A stretch of DNA of 51,257 nucleotides from Gemmatimonadota bacterium (GCA_039591655.1 JBDHDE010000023.1:1-51257); one strand, 5' to 3'. Positions 17,899 to 27,954 are shown, counted from the first letter of the stretch. Translations and numbers: made by a program. Notes: a model not told the origin generated them from the sequence alone.

Positions 17899-18528
17899 CT
17901 ATGCCCGATGCCATTCCTCGCGAACGTCGAAGGCGGCGCTGCGATACAGCGCTTCCGGATTGGTGTGTGTCAGGTCCACCGCATCATTGAGCGGGTCACG
18001 CCCGATATGCCGATAGCACATGCGGACGAACGTGGAGCATTGAACAGCGTGCTTGTCGTCGAAGATGTTGCGCTTGCTCAGGCGACGAGTGAGAACCGCC
18101 CAGAGCGTACCGAAGAGCTCGCCCACCGGGTATCTTAGATGCTGCTCGTCGTAGGCGTATTGGAGCGCTTGGCGTATTAGGCGATCGCGTTCGGACGCGG
18201 CCAGCTCCATGCCGAGTACGCAGGCGTGCTCGATGTCGTCGCGACACCACTTGGTCAGCCGGCTCTCCATGGCGCCGTTCTTCACCTGCCAGTCGGTGAC
18301 GCTCACCTTCAGGTCGCTCTCGTAGATGTAAGTGCTGCCGTCACTCCGCCCGTCGTCGCGCCGCTCCCCGAGGAGGAACGCGTGGCTCCACCGAGACGGC
18401 TTGCCGTGGGGAGTGAGTCCTGCCTGGCCCTTGCGAATCAAGCTGCCGATCAGATCGGTGGCGCCCACGAGTCCGACTCGACCGGGGGCGTAGTGCCGAG
18501 CGAAGAAGTCCGTCAGGGCTTGGTTCAT
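17899..18528 (-). CDS. Permuted papain-like NlpC/P60 amidase (YiiX/YebB-like)
   Basis: His motif WSHAFL precedes Cys motif QCSTFV; C-terminal NPEAL. Confidence 0.7.
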   Translation of the reverse strand: MNQALTDFFARHYAPGRVGLVGATDLIGSLIRKGQAGLTPHGKPSRWSHAFLLGERRDDGRSDGSTYIYESDLKVSVTDWQVKNGAMESRLTKWCRDDIEHACVLGMELAASERDRLIRQALQYAYDEQHLRYPVGELFGTLWAVLTRRLSKRNIFDDKHAVQCSTFVRMCYRHIGRDPLNDAVDLTHTNPEALYRSAAFDVREEWHRA

Positions 18529-18649
18529 GCGCTGGCTCCGTGAGGTGCGTCGAGGAGCTGGCCCACGGGGCAGACGGGTGGCGCCGGCGCGTCAGCGTCC
18601 TCTTGGGGGTGTTGTGTGGGCCTACGTTGCGGGGAGGGTAGGGATGGTG

Positions 18650-20308
18650 CTAGGCCCTTTCTGGGGCAAGAGGTGCCCGATTTGAGACATCTGGTTCGAG
18701 GATCGTGTCGCTGGCCTCTGCCTGGGTCTCCGGGTAGTCGAGGCTGTGGTGCAGGCCGCGGCTCTCGTGGCGCCGGGCGGCGGACCGAATGATCAAGCTT
18801 GCCACCAGGGCGAGATTCCGCAGCTCGATGAGGTCGTTGGTAAGACGGAAGTGGGCGTAGTAGTCCTGGATCTCGCCCAGCAGCAGCTCGATGCGGCGCT
18901 GGGCCCGCTGCAGGCGCTTGTCGGTGCGCACGATACCCACGTAGTCCCACATCGTACGTCGCACCTCGTCCCAGTTGTGTGAGACTACCACCTCCTCATC
19001 GGAGTCGGTTACCCAGCTCTCGTCCCACGCCGGAAGGTCCGGTGGAGGCGGAGCCTCGCCGCGGTGCTCTGCTATGTCCTCGCTCGCTGCCGCGGCGAAC
19101 ACTAGGCATTCGAGTATCGAGTTGCTGGCGAGCCGGTTGGCGCCGTGGAGTCCCGTGTGGGCGGTCTCCCCGACGGCATAGAGACCGTCGACGTCGGTCC
19201 GTCCCCGGCGGTCGGTGACGATCCCACCGCACATGTAATGGGCCGCGGGAACCACAGGCAACGGCTCTTTGGTCATGTCGAAGCCGTATTCGAGGCAGCG
19301 CGAGTGAATGGTGGGGAAGCGTTCCTTGATGAACTCCGCCGGCCGCTGACTGATGTCGAGGTATACGCAGTCCAGGCCTAGCCGCTTGATCTCGTAGTCG
19401 ATGGCGCGGGCAACGATGTCGCGAGGCGCCAGTTCAGCGTGCTCATCGAAACGTTCCATGAACCGGGCGCCGTCCGGCAGGAGGAGCCGGCCGCCCTCCC
19501 CACGGACGGTCTCACTGATGAGGAACGACTTCGCGTCGGGGTGATACAGGCAGGTGGGGTGAAACTGCACGAACTCCATGTTGCCGACCCGGCAGCCGGC
19601 GCGCCACGCCATGGCGATGCCGTCACCGGTGGAAACGTCCGGGTTGCTGGTGTAGAGGTAGACCTTGCACGCCCCACCCGTGGCCAGGACAACGGTCCGG
19701 GCGCGAAAGACTATCACCTTTCCTTGGCGACGGTCGAGCACGTACGCGCCGAGGCAGCGATGTCCGGGTAGGCCCAGCTTGCGGGTCGTGATCAGGTCCA
19801 CCGCAATGTGGTGCTCGAAGAGATCGATCTGTCTTCCGTGCCGGACGTGCGTCATCAGGGTGGTGGCGGTCGCGACGCCGGTCGCGTCATCGGCGTGGAT
19901 GATGCGGCGATGGCTGTGCCCACCCTCCTGTGTGAGGTGGTATTCCGTGCCCGAACCGGGGTCCCGCTCCTTGGTGAACGGGACGCCCAGCTGTATCAGC
20001 CAGTCGATGCACTGGGGTCCTTGCTCCACGGTGAAGTGGACGGTCTCCTCGTCGCACAGACCGGCGCCGGCGGCGATCGTGTCGCGCGCGTGGGCCTCCA
20101 GCGAGTCACGTGCGTTCATCACGGCGGCGATGCCGCCCTGGGCGTAGCGGCTCGATCCTTCGGTGAGGGATCCCTTTGCCAGCACCGCGACCCGCGCTGT
20201 GTCGGCCAGCCGGAGCGCCAGGGTCAGCCCAGCAATACCGGCCCCGACGACCAGAACGTCGTACTCGACCTGGTCATTCCCGTGGCGTTTCGTTCGGTTC
20301 GTGCTCAC
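18650..20308 (-). CDS. nadB: L-aspartate oxidase
   Basis: VVGAGIAGL, YAQGGIA, EGGHSHRRIIH, QFHPT, SETVRGEG, HYMCGG, GLHGANRLASNS and ESRGLH motifs. The ORF-track extension to 20521 overlaps the desaturase. Confidence 0.96.
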   Translation of the reverse strand: MSTNRTKRHGNDQVEYDVLVVGAGIAGLTLALRLADTARVAVLAKGSLTEGSSRYAQGGIAAVMNARDSLEAHARDTIAAGAGLCDEETVHFTVEQGPQCIDWLIQLGVPFTKERDPGSGTEYHLTQEGGHSHRRIIHADDATGVATATTLMTHVRHGRQIDLFEHHIAVDLITTRKLGLPGHRCLGAYVLDRRQGKVIVFRARTVVLATGGACKVYLYTSNPDVSTGDGIAMAWRAGCRVGNMEFVQFHPTCLYHPDAKSFLISETVRGEGGRLLLPDGARFMERFDEHAELAPRDIVARAIDYEIKRLGLDCVYLDISQRPAEFIKERFPTIHSRCLEYGFDMTKEPLPVVPAAHYMCGGIVTDRRGRTDVDGLYAVGETAHTGLHGANRLASNSILECLVFAAAASEDIAEHRGEAPPPPDLPAWDESWVTDSDEEVVVSHNWDEVRRTMWDYVGIVRTDKRLQRAQRRIELLLGEIQDYYAHFRLTNDLIELRNLALVASLIIRSAARRHESRGLHHSLDYPETQAEASDTILEPDVSNRAPLAPERA

Positions 20309-20354
20309 GGTGTCTCGAGGGCTGCTACCGTGTTTGGAGAGCTTGGTAAGCGGC

Positions 20355-21446
20355 CTAGCTCCACCCGCTGGGAACCGCCTCGGGCTTTGTCGGCTCGATG
20401 GCGCTCCCTTCCGCCGCTTCCTGCTCGAGGCGGGCCCGGATGGCCCGGAGGTCACGGAACCCCACCAGGCGGCGGTCCCCCTCGTCCCACAGCGTGAGCC
20501 GCAGCGTCTTGAGGCTCTCACCCAGGGTCAGCTTGGTGACCTCGTGTAGCTCCGGGTTCTCTTCGTAGCACCGCTGCAAGTGGTAGTTGGGGATGCGGCT
20601 ACTGACGTGGTGGATGTGGTGAAAGCCGATGTTCGCCGTGAACCACTGCAGCACCTTGGGCAGGACGAAGAGCGACGCGCCCTCCAAACCTGCGGCGTAG
20701 TAGTTCCACGCTTCCCGGTACCGCCAGTAGGTATCCTCGTACTGGTGCTGCACGTAGAACAGGAACACACCGAGGGACCCCGCAATGAGTGTGATCGGGA
20801 TCTGCACGGCGAGGAACCGCCCCAATCCTATGGTCAGTCCCGCCAGGACGAGCACCAGCGCGATCGCGACGTTCGTCCAGTGCACGCTCGCCCACTCGCG
20901 CTTCCAGGTACGCGGGGTGTCCGACGGGTATCGATGCTTGATTATGAACTGGTACGCCGGTCCGATCAGCAGCATCACGAGGGGGTTGCGGTAGAAACGG
21001 TACAGCACCCGCTTGACGCGGGGGCGGCTCAGGTACTCGCGGACCGTGAGGGTGTCGATGTCCCCAAAGCCCCGTGTGTCGAGGTTGCCGGAGGTCGCGT
21101 GATGGATGGCGTGCGTCTTGCGCCAATAGGCGTAGGGCACCAGGGTGAGGACCCCGATGACGCTTCCCACCAGATTGGCGGCCCGTTGCGATCGGAAGAA
21201 TGCCCCGTGTCCGCAGTCGTGCTGGAACATGAACATCCGTACGACCAGCAGGGCTGTAGGGACCGAGAGAAGCAGCGTCAGCCAGTAGCCCACACCGAGG
21301 CTCCAGAGCATCAGGAGCCATAGACCGGCGAACGGCAGTGCCGTGTTCACGAGCTGGAATACGCTGCGCCAGCGCACGGGCTTGCGGTATTGCGCCAGTA
21401 GCGCGTTCCAATCGATGTCCGAGTGTGTCGCCGGTGTCGCGGTCAA
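20355..21446 (-). CDS. Membrane fatty acid desaturase
   Basis: His boxes HDCGH, HAIHH and HHIHH; FYVQH. Start uncertain. Confidence 0.93.
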   Translation of the reverse strand: MTATPATHSDIDWNALLAQYRKPVRWRSVFQLVNTALPFAGLWLLMLWSLGVGYWLTLLLSVPTALLVVRMFMFQHDCGHGAFFRSQRAANLVGSVIGVLTLVPYAYWRKTHAIHHATSGNLDTRGFGDIDTLTVREYLSRPRVKRVLYRFYRNPLVMLLIGPAYQFIIKHRYPSDTPRTWKREWASVHWTNVAIALVLVLAGLTIGLGRFLAVQIPITLIAGSLGVFLFYVQHQYEDTYWRYREAWNYYAAGLEGASLFVLPKVLQWFTANIGFHHIHHVSSRIPNYHLQRCYEENPELHEVTKLTLGESLKTLRLTLWDEGDRRLVGFRDLRAIRARLEQEAAEGSAIEPTKPEAVPSGWS

Positions 21447-21619
21447 TGGCCCATCCTGTGGATTCGCTGTGCCACAACCTACCTGCAATCCGCCTCAGCG
21501 CCAAGGTCCGGCTTGCGCACCGGCGGGATTCGACTAGACTTCTCGCCCCTTGGCGCGCTAGATTCGCGTCGTTCCAGCGAGACCGTTTCCGGAAAGACTC
21601 CAACCGCAGAGGAATACGA

Positions 21620-22438
21620 ATGCTTCGAGCAGTACGACGGATCGTTGCCCTGGGCCTGCTAGTGGCGGGCGGGCTGTTCGCTGCCGCGCCCGCGGCCGCC
21701 CAGGACTCTCCCGTCCTGGACAGGGTCGTCGAGAGCGGGGAGCTCCGCGTCGGCATGTCCGGCAACCAGCCCCCCTACAACGTTCGCAGCCGCACCGGCT
21801 CGGTGATCGGCATCGAGGTGGACGTGGCCACCCTGTTGGCCGCAGCCATGCAGGTCGAGCTCAACATCGTCACCATGCCCTTCGGCGAGCTGATGGCTGC
21901 GCTCGAGGCCGGTGAGGTGGACATGGTGATGTCCGGGATGGCGATCACGGCGGAGCGCTCCCAGAAGGCATCGTTCGTGGGACCGCACCTGCTCTCCGGG
22001 AAGTCGATCCTGACCAACTCCCGGGCCATGGCGGCCGCCCAGGAGGCTGATGACTTCGATCAGTCGAATCTCAAGCTGGCCGCGCTGCAGAACTCCACGA
22101 GCCAGCGCTTCATCGAGCGCTACCTGCCCAACGCCCAGTTCATGCCCGTGGCCGACTATGATGAGGCTGTGCAGATGGTGATCAGCGATGAGGTGGACGC
22201 GCTGGTGGCCGACATGCCGATCTGTCTCCTGTCGCTGCTCCGTTATCCGGATGCCGGGCTGCTCACGCTTACCGAGCCGTTGACCATCGAGCCCCTGGGG
22301 ATTGCCGTGCCGGCGAGCGACCCGCAGTTCCGCAACCTCGTTGACAACTACGTGGACGCTCTCGAGGGCACCGGCATCCTCATGCAGCTGCGCAAGAAGT
22401 GGTTGGAGGACGGGTCCTGGATCGCAGCCCTGCCCTAA
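21620..22438 (+). CDS. Amino acid ABC transporter substrate-binding protein (family 3)
   Basis: Signal peptide (AAA-QD); GELRVG, PPYN, GEVDMVMSGMAITAER; RBS AGAGGA. Confidence 0.92.
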   Translation: MLRAVRRIVALGLLVAGGLFAAAPAAAQDSPVLDRVVESGELRVGMSGNQPPYNVRSRTGSVIGIEVDVATLLAAAMQVELNIVTMPFGELMAALEAGEVDMVMSGMAITAERSQKASFVGPHLLSGKSILTNSRAMAAAQEADDFDQSNLKLAALQNSTSQRFIERYLPNAQFMPVADYDEAVQMVISDEVDALVADMPICLLSLLRYPDAGLLTLTEPLTIEPLGIAVPASDPQFRNLVDNYVDALEGTGILMQLRKKWLEDGSWIAALP

Positions 22439-22496
22439 GGGCTTTCTTCATCGCGTGACCGGCGCCGGGCGAGTCGCCTGGTGCCGCGGACCATAG

Positions 22497-22522
22497 GAAG
22501 CCCCGGCGGATGCCGGGGCTTC
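22497..22522. terminator. Intrinsic terminator-like hairpin between convergent genes
   Basis: GAAGCCCCGGC-GGAT-GCCGGGGCTTC (11-bp stem) followed by TTC; a second imperfect hairpin lies at about 22460-22486. Confidence 0.75.
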
Positions 22523-22553
22523 TTCGCTCATCAAAGGGGTGCGGCCCGCCGCC

Positions 22554-23798
22554 CTAGTGCGTCTCGAGGTAGTCCAGCAGCACCGCCGCCATGGTCTTCG
22601 CACCAACGAAGATCGCTTCCTCGTCGGCTACAAAGCCGGGGCTGTGGGGCATGCCGTTGTAGCCCAGCTCGCTGTTCGCAACACCGAGCCAGTACATGGC
22701 GCCGGGGACGTGCTGCTGGTAGCGGGCGAAATCCTCGCTGAACTGGGGTGTGACCTGATTGATCTCGAGCAGACCGTCGGGTCCCACTACGGCTCGGATC
22801 GTCTCCAGTGTGCTGCGGACCAGCTCGGGGTCGTTCACCATGTCCGGGACGACGTCGAATTCACGGTAGTCGAGCTCGGCCTGGATCCCGGTCGGGCGGA
22901 GACCGGCAACCGCCTCTTCCATGGCGAGCCGCGTCCGAGTGCGGGCCGCTCGGCTGCCGGCACGAACCGCGCCGGTCACCACCCAAGCGCTGTCGGCGTT
23001 GGGCTGTGGGTTGGCCGTCATGACGAGTACGAAATCCTCCGGCGGCGCGTCCGGGTCGCTGGACGTACTGAGCTTCCCGACCGTTCGCAGGAATCCCCGT
23101 GCGGCCCCCTCGAAGTCGCCTTCGCCTTGGAAGGTCGCGGTGAACCGGTCGAGGCCGGGAAGCGCCAACCCCTCGACACTGCCGATCTGTCCCACCTGCA
23201 GCGGCGCAGAATGGTACGCGAATATCGCCTCGGGCGCGGGGTCCTCGAGTACGCCGTCCGCGATCATTGCGCCGGCGCCTCGCACGTTCTCTTCGGCCGG
23301 CTGGAAGATGAACTTGACCGCGCCCGGTAGCTCGTCTCGGATGGCCGTCATGGCCTCGGCGATCCCAAGGGCCACGGTGGTGTGGATGTCATGGCCGCAG
23401 ATGTGGCGGACGCCTGGCGTCTCGGAGGCGAAAGGAACGGGATCCGGAGCGCCGGAGTACACCGCGTCCATGTCCGCCCGGAAGGCGACGACGGGGCCCG
23501 GCCTGCCACCGCGGAGGATGCCTACGACGCCGTGCCCGCCGACTCCCGTCTGGATCTCGAGACCGAGAGACTGCAGCCGTGCGGCGACGACGCTGGCCGT
23601 TCGCTCTTCCTGACCCGAGACCTCCGGATGCCGGTGGAGGTCCCGGCGGACGGCGATGAGTTCCTCCCGCGCCCCCTCTATGCGGCGGTCCATCCGGTCG
23701 AGCAGCTCCTGTTGCTGCGCGTGCGCCGGAGCAGAGCTGACGCCCAGGAGAGGAAAGGTGAACAGTGTGGCCCACATCGCGCTCGAGATCATTCTCAT
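22554..23798 (-). CDS. M20D family amidohydrolase with signal peptide
   Basis: RRDLHRHPE, RADMDA, HICGHD, FQPAEE, SEDF and HSP motifs; leader ending AHA. Confidence 0.9.
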   Translation of the reverse strand: MRMISSAMWATLFTFPLLGVSSAPAHAQQQELLDRMDRRIEGAREELIAVRRDLHRHPEVSGQEERTASVVAARLQSLGLEIQTGVGGHGVVGILRGGRPGPVVAFRADMDAVYSGAPDPVPFASETPGVRHICGHDIHTTVALGIAEAMTAIRDELPGAVKFIFQPAEENVRGAGAMIADGVLEDPAPEAIFAYHSAPLQVGQIGSVEGLALPGLDRFTATFQGEGDFEGAARGFLRTVGKLSTSSDPDAPPEDFVLVMTANPQPNADSAWVVTGAVRAGSRAARTRTRLAMEEAVAGLRPTGIQAELDYREFDVVPDMVNDPELVRSTLETIRAVVGPDGLLEINQVTPQFSEDFARYQQHVPGAMYWLGVANSELGYNGMPHSPGFVADEEAIFVGAKTMAAVLLDYLETH

Positions 23799-23826
23799 CG
23801 CTGCCTCCAGTGGACCCGCCGTGGGC

Positions 23827-24066
23827 TCATGGCCGTGGCTCCCCACCGCCCGGCTCACGCCCCTCAGTCCCGTCTGCGCTGCTCCGTCGCTTCCGGAAGG
23901 TGGCCAGGAGCACCGTGCATAGCCCCAGCAGGATCTCGTCCACGAACGGGATCACGTCAGGGAAAACGAGGTCCGCGCCGAACAGCGCCGCGGTCAGCAG
24001 CAGCAGCCGCGGGTAGCGGAGGCGACCCGCGTAACGCTGCACCACCGAGGTGACAGGTCCTCGCAT
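23827..24066 (-). CDS. Small membrane protein (DUF6116-like)
   Basis: LRYPRL...DLVFPDVIPFVDEILL pattern; sits within the operon. Confidence 0.7.
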   Translation of the reverse strand: MRGPVTSVVQRYAGRLRYPRLLLLTAALFGADLVFPDVIPFVDEILLGLCTVLLATFRKRRSSADGTEGREPGGGEPRP

Positions 24067-24072
24067 GCCGCC

Positions 24073-25791
24073 TCAGTGGTCCCGCTCGTGGCGTTCGGTG
24101 CGCCCTTCGAGGTAGATACCCTCGATCGCCAGAACGCTGCCGCTCTCGTCCGAGACGAAGCGGAACCTGACGTTGTCGACTTCGTCCAGCATGAAGACGT
24201 CGCGGGTGAGGGGGCGTAGCTCCAGCTCGGGTCGCCCAGAGCCCTCCCGCGCGTAGTACAGGTGCCCATCGCGGAACGTGACAATCCGCGGGCCGTAGGT
24301 ACCCGCACAGCGCTCGAGCTCGGCCGCCGAGAGCGTCACCGGATTCTCACGTGCCTCGATTTCGAACCGCATCCACTCGATGCGCCGCCGAGCATTGTCG
24401 TTGGAAGAGTCGAGTTCCAGAGACCTAGTGTAGTTCTCGATCGCCTCGTCGTATTCGCCGGTGGTCATGTACCCCTCGCCGAGTGAATCCCACACGTTGG
24501 ACGACTCGGGATACGTACGTGTGTTGTCCCGGAACACCCAGATCGCCTCCTCGACGTGGTCGCGACGCAGCAAGAAGTAACCGAGGGAGTTGACGTCGCG
24601 CTCGCCGAGGTGTTCGGGGGACACCTGCTTCAGCTCCTGGAAGGCCTCTTGCCCCGCCGCGAACCCGTCCTCCAAGAAAGCCCGCCGGATGCTGATGCGG
24701 GCCAAGCGGCGGAGTTGATCGTACCGGGGGTAGTCCAGCCAGCGGAGCGCCCAGTGGTCGTCATCGGCGACGAGGCCGACCAGGTCTTCGGCGATGGCCA
24801 GCCCGTTCTCGCTGTTCGTGAAGTAGACCACGCCTCGGCCGTCGTCCGGATAGACTACGACGTAGCACCGCTGTGTGAGGTTGTCGCCCCAGTGCCAGAA
24901 GGCGGTGCCGCGGCCTCCCTGTTGGATGCCGAAGCCCAGCCCCCAGAAGAGGTGGGCCTTCGGCTCATCGTCGTCTCCCCAATCGGTACCAGCCAGGTCC
25001 ACCTGCGGCGTGAGCGTCGCTGCATGCATCTCGGGGGAGAGGCCCTCGCCGGACAGGATCGCCGCGACGAATCGGGCGTAGTCGCGCGCTGTTGTGTGCA
25101 GGGATGCCGCGGCATTCCCGTCGTCCGGCCGGCGCTTTTCAGTCTCGTATCCCAGCTCGTCGTGGGGTTGTGCCGCGATCGTATCGTAGGCCGGCACCCA
25201 CACGTAGTGACTCTGGGTCATGCCGAGGGGCGCGAAGACCTCGCGGCCCGCGATCTCTTCGATGCTGATCCCCGTGTGCGCTTCCACTGCGCGCTGCAGG
25301 AAGACGAAGCCCTCTCCCGAGTAGCCCCACCCTGAGCCGGGGTCGAAGTTGAACTCCAGGGGCGTGCCGCCCCAGTTGGGCAGGCCGCTGCTGTGGGTGA
25401 TGACCATGCGGGCGGTGATGCGGCGGGCCCGCTCGTCGTGCGTCAGGCGCTCGTGCTCCCACAGGTCCCACAGGGGCGCGTCCAGGTCGAACTCGCCCCG
25501 GTCGGCCAGGCGCAGCACGGCGTAGGCGAACACCGGCTTGGAGAGGGAGGCTGCCTCGAAGACCGTCGTCTCGTGTACCGGCGCTCCGGATTCCGTGCCC
25601 GCCACCCCGAAGGCCCCGCTCCACACGACCTCACCGCCTTCCAGCAGCGCAACGGAGAGCCCGGGGATCTCCGCTGCCTCCATGAGCTGTGGGATCCGCG
25701 CCTCGAGGGCCTGAACAGTCTCCGCGGTGGGTGTCTGGGCCGCGGCCGGTGAGGCGGCGGCCAGTGCGGCGAGTAGGGCGGCGCCTCTCAT
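24073..25791 (-). CDS. Exported serine hydrolase with TPR repeats and C-terminal beta domain
   Basis: SLSK, YSG and HWG motifs; TPR NVWDSLGEGY...AIENYTRSLELD. Confidence 0.92.
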   Translation of the reverse strand: MRGAALLAALAAASPAAAQTPTAETVQALEARIPQLMEAAEIPGLSVALLEGGEVVWSGAFGVAGTESGAPVHETTVFEAASLSKPVFAYAVLRLADRGEFDLDAPLWDLWEHERLTHDERARRITARMVITHSSGLPNWGGTPLEFNFDPGSGWGYSGEGFVFLQRAVEAHTGISIEEIAGREVFAPLGMTQSHYVWVPAYDTIAAQPHDELGYETEKRRPDDGNAAASLHTTARDYARFVAAILSGEGLSPEMHAATLTPQVDLAGTDWGDDDEPKAHLFWGLGFGIQQGGRGTAFWHWGDNLTQRCYVVVYPDDGRGVVYFTNSENGLAIAEDLVGLVADDDHWALRWLDYPRYDQLRRLARISIRRAFLEDGFAAGQEAFQELKQVSPEHLGERDVNSLGYFLLRRDHVEEAIWVFRDNTRTYPESSNVWDSLGEGYMTTGEYDEAIENYTRSLELDSSNDNARRRIEWMRFEIEARENPVTLSAAELERCAGTYGPRIVTFRDGHLYYAREGSGRPELELRPLTRDVFMLDEVDNVRFRFVSDESGSVLAIEGIYLEGRTERHERDH

Positions 25792-26687
25792 GGTGCCCCC
25801 ACCGCGACCTCTTGAGCAGCGATCTCATAGAGGTCCGCCGGACCGTTGGCATGGCTCGTGAAGTACAACCGGCTGCCGTCCCATGATACCAGCGGGCCGT
25901 ACTCGTACTCCGGCGTGTTCACCGCATCCCCCAGATTGCGTGGGGCCGACCACCCGTCCTCCGACCGCTCGGAGTAGTACAGGTCGTCACCGCCGAAGCC
26001 CGAGGGATCATTCGTCCGAACGAACACCAGGAAACGCTGCTGTGGGTCGACGTAGACGTCCGTCTCCGGCAGCGGTGTGTTGATATCGGGTCCCAGCGAC
26101 TCGACCGCGTAGCCGTCACTGGTAGGTCGCGCCAAGTAGAGATCCCACTCCCCAGCGCCGCCGGCTCGGCCCGAGGCAAAGTAGACCGTGCCGTCGGCAG
26201 CGATCGAGGGATGAGCATCGGCGGCGGGGGAGGCGACCGGGGCCGGAAGGAGCTGCGGCGCTCCCCATCCCTCTGCGGTGCGCTCGACGACCCATAAGTT
26301 GTAGTCGGCCGGCTCCGGGTCTCCTCCTGGTCGGGGGCGATTCGAACTGAAGAAGAGCAGCCGGCCGTCAGGGGAGAACCGGGCGCCGCGATCGCCGTAG
26401 GTCCCGGAGAACGGGGCCACCACCGGATCGCTCCATCCTCCCTCGCGGCGGGTGACGTACAGAGTGTGCTCGCCCCAGTTGGCGTTGTGGCGGCCGAAGA
26501 CCGCGAGGTCGCCCGAGGGGTCGAACGAGATCCAGGACTCGCCCTGGTCCGAGGACACGATCCCGGCGGCGAACACCTCGGCGGAGAATGCCTCGGGATC
26601 CGCGGTCTGTAGACTCCGTGCCGGACGCTCGCTCGTGCATCCGAGCACCACCATGACAGCCGCACACAGCAGATGCCGCATCTTCAT
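25788..26687 (-). CDS. PD40/TolB-like beta-propeller lipoprotein
   Basis: Lipobox VLGC; repeats FSPDGRLLFFSSNRP, DGTVYFASGR and DGSRLYFTS. Confidence 0.88.
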   Translation of the reverse strand: MKMRHLLCAAVMVVLGCTSERPARSLQTADPEAFSAEVFAAGIVSSDQGESWISFDPSGDLAVFGRHNANWGEHTLYVTRREGGWSDPVVAPFSGTYGDRGARFSPDGRLLFFSSNRPRPGGDPEPADYNLWVVERTAEGWGAPQLLPAPVASPAADAHPSIAADGTVYFASGRAGGAGEWDLYLARPTSDGYAVESLGPDINTPLPETDVYVDPQQRFLVFVRTNDPSGFGGDDLYYSERSEDGWSAPRNLGDAVNTPEYEYGPLVSWDGSRLYFTSHANGPADLYEIAAQEVAVGAP

Positions 26688-26829
26688 ATTGTCGCCCTCC
26701 CTCCCGGACTCGGGTCGAGACTCATGCCCTTCCGATTCCTCTACGCTGAAGGCCGCCCGCGGGTTGCGCGCGGCACGGATGTCGAGCACGTGCGGCTGTT
26801 CCAGCTGGTCGAGGAGTGAGTGGTGGGCC

Positions 26830-27426
26830 CTACGATCGCCCTCGGAGTCGTGGTATGAGCCTGCCCGTGCCCTCGGCGTATGCCCGGTGCGCGTCACCGA
26901 AGTGTGAAAGCAACATCCGCTCCTCTCGGGGCACCCGGTACGCCACCACCGGCAGCACGACGGCGAGCATGGCGAACCCGGCGATCCAGTTCGCAATCAG
27001 CAAGGGCTGCGCCAGGCCCCAGAGGACGTGCGCCGCGTACATGGGATGCCGGATGTGCCCGTACACGCCGCGGGTGACGAGTCCCTGGCTCTCGCGGATC
27101 TCCACCCACGGCGACCAATTGGCACCCAGCTCGACATGTGAGCGCCAGAGGAGCCAGAGGCCCGCAGCGTAGATCGCGACCCCGATCCAGGCGGCCCACA
27201 CGGGGATCTGGTAATCGGCGAATACCAGCCACGGCGAGAAGATGTGCACCAGTGGGAGCAGGAACCCGAAGCTCCCCGACACCGTGAGGATCCGATCGAG
27301 CGGGGTCTCCTTGCTCTGCAGAGCGGCTCTTGGTTCGCGCCGGTAGCGACGCCCGTGCCGGGAACGTACGGCGAACCCGACGACGAGCCCGCCCAACCAG
27401 AGCACTTCGAAGAGGTTGTCGAACAT
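26830..27426 (-). CDS. Isoprenylcysteine carboxyl methyltransferase (ICMT/PEMT) family membrane protein
   Basis: LGANWS, LVTRGVYGHIRHPMY and REERML..FG motifs. Confidence 0.92.
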   Translation of the reverse strand: MFDNLFEVLWLGGLVVGFAVRSRHGRRYRREPRAALQSKETPLDRILTVSGSFGFLLPLVHIFSPWLVFADYQIPVWAAWIGVAIYAAGLWLLWRSHVELGANWSPWVEIRESQGLVTRGVYGHIRHPMYAAHVLWGLAQPLLIANWIAGFAMLAVVLPVVAYRVPREERMLLSHFGDAHRAYAEGTGRLIPRLRGRS

Positions 27427-27436
27427 GGGGAGGGAG

Positions 27437-27832
27437 TTAGGTGCGATGAGGCGGTCGGTCGGTTTCTCGTTGCTCCACTCCAGGCTGCCTTAGCTGATCC
27501 GCTCGCAGCTGCCTCACCGCCTGATCCAGGGCGCTCCGAACTTCAGCGACGGTGTCCCGCATGGTGCGGATCTTCATCTGTGTGAGATTGGTTCGCCGCA
27601 TCTGCATCTTGAGTCCCGCGGCCGAGTCGGCCAGCGCGCCGTAGCCGCAGTCGTCGAGCACCCGGCCGACATCCGTCGCTGCACGCCCGATCTGCTGCAT
27701 GAGGACCATCTCAGACCCTGCCGCCGCGAAGGTCGATACCTGTTCTACCAGGGCGTGCACATGGTCCCACTTCCTTCTCGCTTCCTCGAGACCGCTGAGC
27801 CTGCGGAACGCCGTCGCGCTGAGTCTGGGCAT
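27437..27832 (-). CDS. Hypothetical all-alpha protein
   Basis: About 131 aa, amphipathic helices, GGGGAG RBS; no family recognised. Confidence 0.7.
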   Translation of the reverse strand: MPRLSATAFRRLSGLEEARRKWDHVHALVEQVSTFAAAGSEMVLMQQIGRAATDVGRVLDDCGYGALADSAAGLKMQMRRTNLTQMKIRTMRDTVAEVRSALDQAVRQLRADQLRQPGVEQRETDRPPHRT

Positions 27833-27954
27833 CAGGTACTCCCCCGGCGGCCTCCTCCGCGACACCGCCCCACTCCAGCCGCCTGATTGGAACGCCGGAC
27901 CTCGCAAGACCAATGTAGTGAAAACCGGAGCGGACGAACAGCGCAGCGGGGCCT

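Noticed and set aside
20309..20521. N-terminal extension of NadB
   Set aside because: It overlaps the desaturase 3' end and is low-complexity; the FAD-binding motif starts after 20308.
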